From: Octopus bimaculoides
Lineage: Eukaryota
Direction: 5' to 3'
NCBI RefSeq assembly: GCF_001194135.2
Contig: NC_068982.1
Span: forward strand, 13,471,927-13,535,926
Length of the DNA stretch: 64,000 nucleotides
Shown: positions 48,643 through 62,190 of the stretch, one piece after another
Position numbering within the stretch: the stretch's first letter is position 1
Layout of the letters: every line of letters begins with the position of its first letter
Translations under genes and position numbers: made by a program
Notes under the pieces: generated by a model
What the model was told of the DNA's origin: nothing
The model's input: the letters and a program-made list of their open reading frames with translations, nothing else
Databases searched by the model: none

Positions 48643-51600
48643 ATATATATGTATATTAATATATATGTACATATGCATATATATATGTGTATATATATAT
48701 ATGTATATATGTATGTGTATATATATATATATCTCCAGACACACATGCACATATATATAGATATTTACATATACATAGTGCTACAATTTGATTTCCAGCA
48801 ATAGCAATGTTTAATTATTTCCTGAATGAACAACACAACTGTGCCCAATATTCTCTTGCACACACGTAGCAACAATGGGTACTTATTAATGTAAGTATTT
48901 AGAGAGCTTACCCATCCACATTTACACAAACCTTCATTACATCAGGGAATTTTTTAGTAATTGTTTTGCCTGTTTTTGGACCCTGTGCAAGGCTTTTCTT
49001 TATTTTAAAAAGCTTCAAACACAGGGCATCAATTGATTTTTAACATGTCTACCATGATCTTCATACCGTAGATAGCCATTACCAAAAAAAGGCAAAACAT
49101 TCAATGAAAAATTCCATGATGGAATGAAGGTATGTATTAACATATACCTACATACTCACACCCATACACATGGATACATTATATGTGTTTGTGCATGTAT
49201 GTGTGCACATGCAAGCATACATGTGTGTGTGTGTGTGTGCATTGCATGTATGTGTATGTATTGTTTGTTTAACATTTTTCCGTGCTAGCATGCTTTAGAT
49301 GGGGAAGGCATTTGATTTAGGATTCTTACAGTTGGATGAACTTCCTGTCACAAAACCTTATCTATTTTTCAGGTAAAGAATTTTTTTTTTTCCAGATAGC
49401 TTTGAAAGCACAAAGCTTGCGACTGATTTCTTGACAGAAAAGTAAAAATAAACATCCCCCAGTTATTGGCTTGTTACAAACAGTGAAGTTACTGTGTGTA
49501 ACTGAGCTGCAAAGGATCCCTGCTTTTGCCACAGCTCAGCAGAGACAGTACACTTTCATATAGATACATGCAAAGACACACACACAAACACACACGTGTG
49601 ATAGTCCTAGATAAAGCACAAAGATTTAGGAATGCAAATTATGGTAGATAGCAGTTTTTGTGCAGTTACTGTTTTCTTTTGTATTGGCAGGGTTCGAAAT
49701 AGTCTTTAGCTGTCTTGTTAATTGTGCTACTAGCAGGAAGATGAAAACAAAGGCAACTATTGTGACAAAAATTCAGTAAGTCTTGGCAGAATCAACAGGA
49801 AAAATTTAGACTTATTGTGAGATGAATCAAATTCTGCCCAAATTAAATAAATTCCTTCAACTATTGCTATTTTTGGATACTTTATAGATACCAAAAGAAC
49901 AGGAATCAGTTTCGTGGTGACCAAATTTATCACAAAACAATTGAACCATTCCATGTCTACTTGTAATGTTTGGTGAAGTTTAAATCCATTTTTGAGAAAT
50001 TGTTAAGAAATGTCATTCAAGTTTAATTTTGAAGTTTTGTCATTTAGTTTCCTTCTGAAGTTGTCCACATCACTTAGTGGCTGAAATAACTCAGTGATCA
50101 AGTGTATGCACTGTTCAAATATTCACCTGTAACAAACCAGATTAACTCCTAAAAGAGGATTCTGCAGATATTTTCCCCTCTAAAATATATAAAAATTAAG
50201 GTCTTGAGAGATACACTAACAACATCAACTTTAATACTGAAGACAAATATCCAGCCAAACGACTGAGTTACCAGCATATCTTCAAAAATGGTTTGGTTTT
50301 AAAACTATCTTTTATCTATAGAATTGTTATATAGAAAAATGTCTAGGGTTATACATGTACCTTCAGCATATTACTTCAGAATCTAATGCTGCAAGAATTA
50401 TGCAGTAATGATTTTTCAGTATGCAGGAAAACTGCCAAAAGATGTACAAACAAATGAATTAAAGGGTGTATGAATCTGACAAAGAATAATCCCTTATATA
50501 TAATATAAACTCATTCACAATTAATAAATGAGTTTCTATAATTATATATATAGTATAATTTCCAATGGGAAATTACAGCTTTATTTTCATTATACCTAAA
50601 TTCAAAACTAGCAAAGTGTTAACATTCTAACTGGGGCATTTGTAGGCTTCTTTGCCATTCTGTTAGTTTCCTAAAGTAGTACTGTATTGATTATTACTCC
50701 ACTAATATATATACAGTATTGCAATGAGGTCTTGATTAAATATTAACAAGAAAATATATTGATATAACAGGAATTATCAGGAGAAATCTTAAATATTATC
50801 AACATAATCTAACACTATTTAAAGATTAAATTTCAGAGATAGACAGAACTTAATATTTTAGATTATGAGTTGCAAAGAAATACATGTGAAACAAACACTG
50901 TACTATCTATATTGAACAACATTCAGCTTTCGTGAATTATTTCTCTCTAACACTTCATCCTTTTATGACAGCTGTCAATTCTAATATATACACCTATGGT
51001 TTCCAGCTTCGAAATATTCTATCATGTTTCTGAATAACTTAGTAGACATAATTTACATTCCACAATCATGTGTGTTCCCAAGATCAATATATCATGTTAG
51101 ACAAGTCATATGTGATATCTTTTCTTGAAATATTTGATTTTGCGAGGCAGAAAAGCAATGATAAACAAAGGAATGAAATGAAAAAATATTTTTTTTTTTT
51201 ATTATTTCATAGAATAAATGTATATATAAATATTTCAAATATTTCTAAATAAATCTGATTTATCTAGTTTTAATGTGCACAACACATAAAATAAAATTGA
51301 TTAGTTTGATGACTTTTCAAGTAATTTAGTCAACTCTTGTAGAAAAATGTCCTTAAAATTATTAATATACTCATGAAGGCAGTTATGATTTGTTTTCTTA
51401 CTATATTAATCATTCTTTTACAAGGAATTTATGCTTGTCTCCAACAAATGTTAACATTTCTCTGAAAGCAAAATTAAATGATTTTGAAAAGAGCATTTTA
51501 AATCAATGTTTTATTTTTTAAGAACCATTGTTTCTCTCTGCTAACATTCTATTACTAGATAGAAATAAAGCAATATAGCAATATGTGACATGCTGGGTGT

Positions 51601-51953
51601 ATATCACGAAATAATTACTTTTCATTTTATATCAGTGCTTTATTTTCCTTTTGGCATCTTTTCAACAAATATACTCAAAAAAATGAAATTAATATCCATT
51701 GCTTAAAAGCATTTTGCCCAACTGAAGATAACTTTGAAACTACTCAAAAGATTGTCAAACACAAAACAGCGCCATACTAAGCAAATGTTTCGACGTTTTT
51801 ATTTTCAACAACCCTTGAAAATTACATGTCTGTATTTCTGAGACAAGTTCTTAATAAAGTAGCATAGATTAATATTCTATTGATGATAAAGGAAAGACTG
51901 CTCTAGTTGCAATGTTATACTGAAATAAATATCATTTCAACTGTCTGATTAAC

Positions 51954-51994
<41 letters not shown>

Positions 51995-52189
51995 CTTACT
52001 GTTCTATTAAAGTAGGATTGACAAAAATGTATTCCACCCAGTGAGAGATAAATATCGTTATATATACAAATATGCATACATACATATATATCAGATACTT
52101 GACTGGTTTGTATAGAAAATCCACTCCATTGATGTTTAACTCACAAGATATTGATATCAACTGGAAAACTCCACAGAATTAATGATATC

Positions 52190-53065
52190 GACAGGCTGTA
52201 CCTGAGAAGAGCTGAAGGAGGTAGAGGCTTGAGATCCATGCTGTCAATCTTCAAATGTCATTGTCTCTCTCAAACAGTACTTCCTAAACAACAGCACCAA
52301 AAATAAATACATTAACTTATGCTGAAAAGTGAAGGAAATAATATCCTACACGTTGGCAGTGAACTTCTCAGGAAGCCCTCTCGTCCTCATGATCTCCCAT
52401 ACAACCCCAAAACAGCCAGACAAATATACATCAAAGAAGACCTAGATGTGAAACACTCAGCATATCAAAAATAGATAATACATGAGTATGTTTCTTGAAG
52501 ACTAATATCAACATGAAACACAGCTTCTCTTGGACTTTTGGTCACATCACATCACACTTTGAAGGCTCTGCATTTGCAAGCCAAGAACAGGAGATTGCTA
52601 CGAAATACAAATGAGATACTGAAGCAGCACTTGAAGGTCAAAGATGTGACCAAAAATGTAGATTGTCATATTTTTGTGGAAGACATCACAGTTGCCCCCA
52701 AAATGTCATTAAGGTTCTACTTCCCTATGCAACATGATGATGTCACAAAAACAATATACAATGCTTATACAAAAAAAAAAAAAGACTGCCCTGGAATAAA
52801 TATAGAGAATCCTCCTGTTATTGAATACATATACAAACATCAATACGAGGAATACTGGTGGAAGATTCCCTTCAAAGCATCAGTGAAGTGTCAACATCAC
52901 AGGCTGGATATTGTTGTTTGGGTCAGACAAAAAAAAGTATGTGCTCTCATAGGAGTCAGCTGTCCTATGGACAATTGCTTTGAAACCACCAACTTTTATC
53001 TCCAGAGTATAAATTCACATCTATACCCATAATAATTGGTTTTGTGGGTAAATACCTTACTAACA
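52190..53065 (+). mobile_element. RLE-type LINE 3' region (CCHC plus endonuclease), frameshifted
   Basis: PKMSLRFYFPMQHDDVTKTIYNA...EYWWKIPFK.SVKCQHHRLDIVVW...VSCP; same clade as 33995-34700. Confidence 0.75.
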
Positions 53066-53120
53066 GTCTGGAGAAGCTAGAGTTTTCTCACACATGCACA
53101 AACAAGCACAAGCACACACA

Positions 53121-53158
<38 letters not shown>

Positions 53159-53837
53159 GGGAGTGAATCCAGATTGATGTGTTGGGAAGAAAACGTCTTA
53201 TCCCACAGCAATGTAATTGTTTAGATAATGTTATAAATAAAGTCAAAATTAATATTCATTCATTCATAATAGATAAATAATCCCATTTATGGAATTAACA
53301 GGTTTAATTTAAGTTTATCAAGATTTGTCAGATGGCAAATACAGGATTGAAACCAATAAGAGAAACATAAATTAAAATATATGATCTATTCAAGATATCT
53401 GTTGTCCATCTTGTATTTAGCTTTTCACTTAAATTGAAATTAATGACACGAAATATATTGCTGTTGTTGCTACTTCGCTTGCTGCAGCTTCTTTTTATTG
53501 TTCCTTTGCATGTTGATTGGATAATATTGAGGTTAAGTAAAGAACGCAATCATAGATAAGCTCCAGGGAATAAAATTAGATAACAGATTAAAAGTAGTTC
53601 TAGTAACATAAACATTATCAGTTTCACATCATACGTAGTTTATGCAGTATGTGTTTTGTTTATATGCCAAAGTTGCTGTGGGATAGTGTCTGGGTAAAAT
53701 TCCTTACACAGCGCTAAGTGTTAACCCTTTAGCTTTTAAGCTGGCCATAGGTAGAATATTTATTCTATCTATTTTATGTTCAAACTGGCCAGATCTGACC
53801 TCTCACACCTACCCTGCAATGCCATTCTAACAATACA

Positions 53838-53964
53838 CAGGGTGTCCACAAAGTCTGGGTACATGGGGATTAACACATACTTTAAGAAATTATCATTTCT
53901 TATATTCAATTGTTTATGTTATGATTTTATTTACTCCATGTATCCAGACCTTGTGGATACCCTG
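53838..53964. mobile_element. Tc1-like MITE nested in the piggyBac-like MITE
   Basis: Family TIRs. Confidence 0.85.
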
Positions 53965-53989
53965 TATTATATATGTGTGTGTGTGTGTG

Positions 53990-54021
<32 letters not shown>

Positions 54022-54024
<3 letters not shown>

Positions 54025-54148
54025 GGTGTCCACAAAGTCTGGGTACATCGAGATTAACACATACTTTAAGAAATTATTATTTTTTATATTTAATTGTTTA
54101 TATTATGATTTTATTTACTCCATGTACCCAGACTTTGTGTACACCCTG
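54022..54148. mobile_element. second Tc1-like MITE nested in the piggyBac-like MITE
   Basis: Family TIRs, inserted in (TA)n. Confidence 0.85.
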
Positions 54149-55237
54149 TAGAATTACATGATTGAAATCTTAAAGCAACAAGACAGTGCAGGCATTAATT
54201 CAAAATTATGGGAATAAATAAGCATTACATTTCATGAAGTAATCTGAAAACTAAAGCATCAAAGACACCTGAATATCACAGACCAGGTGAGACAACTTAA
54301 TTCAGAATCACCAAGAATGGTAGATACTGATATTTTGCCATTATTGTGTACTTAGATCCTCTTAAAATGAAGTGAATCTCTGGTCTATTACTTATTGCAA
54401 ATAGAGTGAGATCTATTTGCTGATCTGCTGAGGCAGAGCACACATGAAAGGAAATTAGATGAATTAAAAGCAGGTCTAGTAATGTAAGCATTATTAGATG
54501 AGCATACATGGTGTGTGTTTTGTTTATATGCCAAATTTGCTAAGGGATAGCATCTGGAGAACATGATGCTAAGAGTTAAAGAACACCTAAATGTGACAGA
54601 TCAGGTGAGACAACTCACCTTGGAATCACTGAGGATGGCAGATACCAATATTTCACCATTATTGTAACTTACCAATATCATGTATTTGGGTCATCTCAAA
54701 ATGAAGTGAATTGCTGATCTGTGACTTATATGGAAATAGAATGAAATCTATTTGTTGATGTAATGAGGCATTAGCACACATGAAAGAAAATTAGATTACA
54801 AATTAAAAGCAGCTCTAATAATATAAACATTATTGGTCACGGATACATAGTGTATGTTTTGTTTATACACAAAATTTACTGCAGGATAGCATCCAATGAA
54901 AGTTCCCTATACAATATCAAGTGTTAAAGAACTCCTGAATGTTGAAGCAAATTTGGTGTATAAAACGAAACACATACTCTATGTATGTACAATCAATAAT
55001 GTTTTCTAACGATGCTGGATGCTGTGGAATTATTGTGGATATGTGCAACAAGATAATTTGAAAAAATTCATAAAATGAAGTCAATATATGTGCTTTAATC
55101 AACATTAATTTATATAAATCAGAAGCCATTTACTATAATCAGCAGTTTCCAATAATACAATCAGAAAATTCAATCATATATTTCTTTCTGTAATCCCTCT
55201 CCCAATAGTAAATTTTACATTTTAGGAAATAATCTTC

Positions 55238-55268
<31 letters not shown>

Positions 55269-55759
55269 AAAAAACATGAAAAAGCCCAGAAAAATACTAT
55301 AACTAGTCTATTATTTGCATTAAAATTTCTAAGTGTTCAAACCAGTTAATAAATTTATCATCTTCTGTATGTTATTAATAGTTTAAAAAAAAAAGAAAGA
55401 AACAGAGATGATGATGATAGTAATAAAAATATTAATAATGATAATAAATTAAAATGAAATGTAAAGCAGAAATGAAACTTCACAACAAATAGATGCTATC
55501 AGAATTCTGACAGTTGAAATTAAGTTGTTTTGGAAATGATATATAATTTATTGCTAAGCAAAGCAAATATATGTTGTCAGGGACAAAAGAAACACTTAGT
55601 AGAACAAAAATTCTAGTATTTGTTGGCAGGATATTGTTTTCCCGCCGGATCTAGCCATGAAATCAATATACATACCACTTAAGATGCAAATCATTCTCAC
55701 ATAAATTTACACACACACACACAGAAAAATGAGAAGGTGAAGAAAGAAATACCTTTAAT

Positions 55760-56030
55760 TATAGATGAGTGTATGTGCTTTTGTGTGTGTGTGTGTGTGT
55801 GTGTGCACGTGTGTGTATGTGTGTCAGTGCACATGTGCATATGTGCACATGTGTGTGTATATGTGTGTCAATGTACGTGTATGTGTGTGTGTGTGTATGT
55901 ATGTGTGCACGTGTGTGTGCCCAAGTGTGTGTGTATATGTGTCAGTGTACGTATGTGTGTGTGTATGTACGTGTGCATATGTGCTTGTGTGTGCGTGTGT
56001 GTAATGGAGACTGTGAGAAATGCTTGAATA
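55760..56030. repeat. degenerate (GT)n microsatellite
   Basis: Visible dinucleotide runs. Confidence 0.9.
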
Positions 56031-56486
56031 CATATATACATGTGCTGATATGTATATATTCATCATCGTTTTAACATCTACTTTTCCATGACTGCATGAG
56101 TCAGATGAATTTTAACTGAGGTAGGTCTTCTACAGCCAGGTGCTCGTATCCCAAAACCTCACCTCTTTCCAAGCAAGGTAATATGTCTTCATTGTCAGAC
56201 CAGTCTCACAGAATGCATAAATATTCAGTCATTTTATACATACATTTCATATGGTCATTTTTTATATGCTAGCCACTGATATAATCATTTTAATGATTAT
56301 ATCCTCAATTTATAAGTATATATATATATATATATATATAATGCAAGAGAGTTAGGGGTTGAGGATTCAACCCACTAAGGGATAGTATCTATCCAATATA
56401 CTGCTGGGAGGGTACCCAATTATTGCTACACTAGTGTTATACCAAGTGCAATAAATGGGATCGGGTTACCCCAAATTTGTATATTG

Positions 56487-56540
<54 letters not shown>

Positions 56541-56697
56541 NNNNNNNNNNNNNNNNNNNNNNNNNNNNNNNNNNNNNNNNNNNNNNNNNNNNNNNNNNNN
56601 NNNNNNNNNNNNNNNNNNNNNNNNNNNNNNNNNNNNNNNNNNNNNNNNNNNNNNNNNNNNNNNNNNNNNNNNNNNNNNNNNNNNNNNNNNNNNNNNN

Positions 56698-56757
<60 letters not shown>

Positions 56758-57175
56758 CACATATATACGTATGTATATATTTATATATGTATGTATATAC
56801 AGAGAGAGAGTAAAAGGGAGAGAGATCATATAACTACGAACATGTTATAAACTGTAAAGAATACATTATATATACATACGTATATACATCCATATGTATG
56901 TATGTTAGCATGTTTGTCTAGTGTATGCAATCATAGACAAAAATGTTAGAAACATGGTTAACAAATCATTTTACCTTTTTATTTTTGTTTTTTTGACATT
57001 TGCAAAAAATTTTCGTTCTCATCAAGTCTATCAAGTTATTTCGAAATATATATATATATTATTACTGCTATTTATATACATGAAACTTACTTAAATGCAT
57101 TCCACCTTCGAACTCTTAGTGGTTTAAAGTTGCAGTTCAAAGGATAAAGTTTTTTTTTCTTTTCTTTTTTTGCAG

Positions 57176-57238
57176 CAGATTCCAACTTTGAAAACAATAC
57201 AACATACAACGAAAAGAAGTCTAAAGCTGGAAAAACAT
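57176..57238 (+). CDS. candidate 63-nt exon of an unidentified gene
   Basis: Long polypyrimidine tract with TGCAG|CAG (NAGNAG) acceptor, |GTGAGA donor, length divisible by 3, two open frames (e.g. DSNFENNTTYNEKKSKAGKT). Confidence 0.3.
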
Positions 57239-57598
57239 GTGAGAGTCAGTGATAGAGGGTGGGAAGAAAACAAAAAGGAAAGTCCATGATATGAAGAGAG
57301 ATGAATTAGAACATATTGACTGTGGGTTATGCAAGTTAGAAAAAGCAATGACAGAACATAAATCAAAGCTGAAAAACAAAAGGCAAAAACAGAATATCTG
57401 GAAGCAAAAACTGATAAATTGAGACACTAAAGTGAGATTAATAGCATCTGGTGACAAAGAATAATGGCTTAAAAATCTGAATGAAATATATGTATACAGT
57501 TTATACATGGATACATATATATGCTGATACATACATATATCATCTCTAAATTAGTTATATATATATATATGTACGCATACAACATGTATATATGCATA

Positions 57599-57653
<55 letters not shown>

Positions 57654-58575
57654 NNNNNNNNNNNNNNNNNNNNNNNNNNNNNNNNNNNNNNNNNNNNNNN
57701 NNNNNNNNNNNNNNNNNNNNNNNNNNNNNNNNNNNNNNNNNNNNNNNNNNNNNNNNNNNNNNNNNNNNNNNNNNNNNNNNNNNNNNNNNNNNNNNNNNNN
57801 NNNNNNNNNNNNNNNNNNNNNNNNNNNNNNNNNNNNNNNNNNNNNNNNNNNNNNNNNNNNNNNNNNNNNNNNNNNNNNNNNNNNNNNNNNNNNNNNNNNN
57901 NNNNNNNNNNNNNNNNNNNNNNNNNNNNNNNNNNNNNNNNNNNNNNNNNNNNNNNNNNNNNNNNNNNNNNNNNNNNNNNNNNNNNNNNNNNNNNNNGATT
58001 ACATCAGTGGCTAGTATATAAAAAATGACCATATTAGTAAAATTAATTTTCAAGATTTATATTTATATATATCTTAATGTGTATAGGGAACCCTCGTGTA
58101 TAAAGAGCCCCCTAATTTTGGGGGTTTAAAATTTGGAAAAAAAGTTTTTGTAAGGGATTATAATACTATCCATATACAAGAAACTCCCATATTTTTTAAC
58201 CTAATTTTTGGCAAAAAAGGTTTCCTTATACACATTAAACCCTGCAATGTGAAAGTTTGAACAAGTTCCCAATCACTTAGAGCCTACTGTGTGCTTTTGG
58301 GGCAGTGGGGAACTAGTATTGTTGAGGTTGCCTTGCAGCTTGCAATCTGAAAAGGAACAACTCATTTTGGAAGGAAAAGATTTATTGTGAGATGATAATG
58401 GAGAAATAAGTAGACAGAACTGTGTTGGGGTGGGAGTAATTGAGTTGGTAAAGGGGGAGAGGAAGATTAATATAAGCAGGGAATGTCAAGGCAGGAGAGA
58501 AAGTGGTAATGGTAATAGGGTAGGTTGAGTGGGTGAATCTAGTGATAAGATTGGTAGAGATGTTTTGTGTGTGAG

Positions 58576-58778
58576 TGGGTGCTGAAAAGTTCCTGGCTTT
58601 AAGGGTATCACGAAAGGCCTGGTTGAAGGCTCACACTTCCAAGTTCTGTTACAGGACTTACAAAAAGACAAGGACTGTTGCAATAAGTGTGTGAATCTGA
58701 GAGAGGAACATGTCGAATAAAATCATAAGTAACTGATCCTCCTGTAATTTCTTTTACCCAAAACAAGGAACATTTCAG
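58576..58778 (+). mobile_element. mariner-derived MITE, copy 2, right TIR truncated
   Basis: GTGCTGAAAAGTTCC start; colinear with 661-871. Confidence 0.75.
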
Positions 58779-58779
58779 T

Positions 58780-59550
58780 TATGGGTTTCATGTAATAGGA
58801 GTGTTAGCAGAACAGTCCACAACTCTTCTACTCTACAGTAGATATGTAGATGACATTAATATCATAGTTAGGACCAACTCTAGTGACGGTAATGTAGAAA
58901 CTGAGAAGAACATAATGGAGGGCATCCAGCAAATAACTAACTCCATCCACCAAAGTATCAAAGTAACTATAGTTTACCCCACTAAGTACCTCAACAACAG
59001 ACTCCCTGGACTTGATACTGAACTTTGGTTAGAGACTGTGAACAAGAGTGCAGCTCCTCCACTCCTATTACATGAAATCCATAACTTCAAAATATGTCGT
59101 TCACAATGTTTCAGCTTTGTCACACATGAAAATTAACATACTGATAGCAGACTTAGTTAGGATAATGAACAACATCTCCCCACTATGCAAACCCTATGAA
59201 ACGAAAAACATATACAGAACTTCATGCACCGCATGCAGTTCTGTGGATATAATCAGAAAGATAGGGTTCGAGTATACGAGGGGTGGGGCTAGAAAGAAAT
59301 TAGATAACATTATATGTAATGATACCAGTGGTACCTACCCTAGATATAGAAAAAAAGAATGGAATAGGATACAAAGAACTTGTGACTTGGGAGTGAACAC
59401 GTGGTATAAAACAAATATCAAGGAGTGATGTTTGTAGAGGCCACGGCCCATGGAGAACTAGCCCATAGATTTAGGAAAGCTCTGAAGGAGACCAAACTCA
59501 ACATTAAGATTGTTGAAAAGCCAGGGAACTCTGTCAGATCACAACTATCT
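58780..59550 (+). mobile_element. Penelope-like retroelement RT/thumb/linker fragment, frameshifted
   Basis: YSRYVDDINI, SIHQSIKVT..YP...NRLPGLDTELW, LHSYYMK....SALS..KINILIADLVRIM, MFVEAT..GELA.RFRKAL. Confidence 0.75.
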
Positions 59551-59953
59551 TTGTTTTCAAGACAAAAGGTGTTCTTCCATCAGGATAATGCTCAGCCAAA
59601 TACAGCAAGGATAGCATTCCAAAGGCTGGATCAGTTTGAATGGGAAACGATGCCCCACCCACCATATTTGCCAGACATTTCCCTATCTGGTTATCATTTA
59701 TTCCACAGTCTTCAAAATCATTTGGACGGAAACAATATGAATTCTATAGACGAGGTCAGAACAGTACTGGAGGAGTATTTTTTATCACAGACAAATGAAT
59801 TTTGGACACAGGGTCTTGCAGTCTACCAGATAGACGGAAGAGCATTGTAGAAAATGAAAGAGTATATTTTAGGTTAAAAACGAACTTTGTTTATCTTAGT
59901 TTTGAAAAATAAGAGAAGTATAAAAAAACCACGTTATTTATGGGATGACCCAA
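59551..59953 (+). mobile_element. mariner transposase 3' third with right TIR
   Basis: FHQDNAQP.TA, WETMPHPPYLPDISLSGYHLFHSL; TIR-like CGTTATTTATGGGATGACCCAA. Confidence 0.85.
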
Positions 59954-61221
59954 AAGGAATAACAGGTGATGCATAATTGTCAGGTCATTACAGCTGTTTT
60001 TTACATATTTTTTAAATAGAAGAATGAGAACTTTACTTCATTGCAAAAGCCGTAATTATCAGATGAAACATAATTTCAAAAACAAAAGAATATCGCAAAA
60101 ATACAGCAGGGACATGACTGAAGTTTGTTGAAACTTACTATGAAATGGGAGAATGACCAGCAAAATTAGCCATTGTGAGCATTAAGAGGTGGAATTAGGT
60201 TAAGAATTTAGTTTGTGAGAGGGTGTAATATGATATTCATGGTCAGTGTCCTTATATATTATATACTTTTCTATTCTAGGCACAAGGCCCATCCATAAAT
60301 ATTATATTACACACAAGCATGCATGCTCATACATATTTATATACACAAAGTATAGTAGATGTTTGAATTTGAGCAAAGGGTAGATACATTTCTATTTCAA
60401 CTCATACAAGAAATAAAAGAAAACATGATGAAATTGACCTAAATTTGTTCAGTTTCAGTCAATTTGAAACACACATTGTAGTAATGTGCAGAAGAATTTT
60501 CACTCAAATAAAATAATAGAGATCGTATTTGAAGTTTAGAGAATGATTTCAGAATTGTTTTGAAATTCTTTCTACTTATTTTTCTTTCACTTTGCAATAT
60601 TCTTTTCACTTATATACATATATAATAATGCTATTTGGGATTCAGTTTATATTTGCTTAAATCATTCAGTATATCAGATACCCAAAATAGCAAACGTAGT
60701 TATTCACTTGAAATAAGAGGTCTGAGCATTTTTCATAAATTCAAACCCTTTTCAGTTGACAGAAAAGAGAATTCATGATTATTTCTGTATTTCAGGAAAA
60801 TAGTCTACGTCGATGAAGACCCTGGAAAAGTGTTTATATTTTTACAAACTGTACAAACTATATTGGTAAATGCTAATATTTTTGCAGGTCTTAAAGTATT
60901 TTAGGTAAGTTTGGTGAAATTATAATTGATTTACAGTTATTTTACTGGTGTTGTATTTATGCTGGAATTATTTAAACTGAAGGTTAAGTAAAAGTGTGAA
61001 CGAAAAATATTCGTTAAGGTTAAAGTATCATAGGTATGCAAAAAGAATCAGAAGAATGATGTCTTTATCCATTGGTAACAGGTTCTGACAAGCTCGAAAG
61101 TGGACAGGACTTTTCACTCTTCGATTTCATCTCAAAGCCATGTTTATGTTTTAGTTTACTGGAATGCGTTAAGACATTCTTAATATGAATTCATTAATGA
61201 TACCTTGCAAGGTAAATATTT

Positions 61222-61773
61222 GGATCTATTTTAAAACGGGGGTCACATTTTTCATTAATGTTTTACGTAGTGTTTTTGGTACGGAAAGGCTTTCAAACTT
61301 CGTATACTTATCTATTTTATGTTATAGAACAGAAAAATATTTTTGTATTCGAATTTATTTCATGTAAAAAATTGTCTTATTTCGATAATGTCAACCAATC
61401 ACTGACAAGTATTCAGTTGTTTACATTTACTCCTTTGGCTGATTAAGCGATGTAAAGCGTATTTAATCTCCATACCTTCGTTTTATTTGCTTTTTTCATT
61501 TTAAATTTGCTTTAACCCTAACCATAGGGTTAGGGTTAATTGTTTCAGAATCGTTTGTTTATGTAGTCGGCACTTAATGTATATCGGCCGAATGGACGTC
61601 AGTGATTGGTTGAAATTACAGAAATACAACTTTAACATGGAATAACTTATGGATTTCTTTTTTTTTAAGAAGACTAAGAGAAAAAGATGTTTTATATGAC
61701 ACATTCTACCAGTGTTCCAAGTTTCAAAGTGTTTCGTTAATGAAAAATGTGGCCCCCGTTTTAAAAAAGATCC
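61222..61773. mobile_element. MITE with 39-bp TIRs, possibly Merlin/IS1016-like
   Basis: TIRs 36/39 identical, GG...CC ends, AAATATTT on both flanks. Confidence 0.65.
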
Positions 61774-62034
61774 AAATATTTCCCCATAACCAGACATGTT
61801 TTTACAGAAGCCTGGGAATGAAGAACACTGCTTCCAAAATGGTGACATTTATTTACAAATATCAGATGAAGCTAAAGCAAGGGGACAGTAAAACAGAAAT
61901 ACACACACACTCATACATGCTTATATACATATATAACATTATATCCATACCTATCAACCTATTTATCTACATATAAAAACTAATGTATATACACATATAC
62001 TTACACACGCATACACATACATAATATGTATAAG

Positions 62035-62190
62035 ACAGGCTTCTTTCAGTTTTAGTCAACCAAACCCACTCACAACGCTTTGATCAGACTGGTGTTTTAT
62101 TAGAAGACCTAAGCTGCTATGCAGTGGGACTGAACACAATGCCATGTAGTTGGAAAGCAAACTTCTTACCACACAGCCACACCTGTACCT
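62035..62190 (-). mobile_element. tRNA-SINE family D 5' half
   Basis: GGCTTCTTTCAGTTTT...CTTCTTACCACACAGCCAC. Confidence 0.7.

Larger units (their letters stand above)
53725..54258. mobile_element. piggyBac-like MITE inserted at a TTAA in the tandem repeat
   Basis: TTAA|CCCTTTAGC... and degenerate ...GAAAACTAAAGCA|TCAA; removing it restores AAGTGTTAA-AGA.CACCT as in the intact unit. Confidence 0.65.
53560..55005 (+). repeat. about 330-bp diverged tandem repeat (about 3 units) ending in an inverted partial copy
   Basis: GTTTTGTTTATA anchor near 53658, 54522, 54861; inverted copy 54946-55005. Confidence 0.8.
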
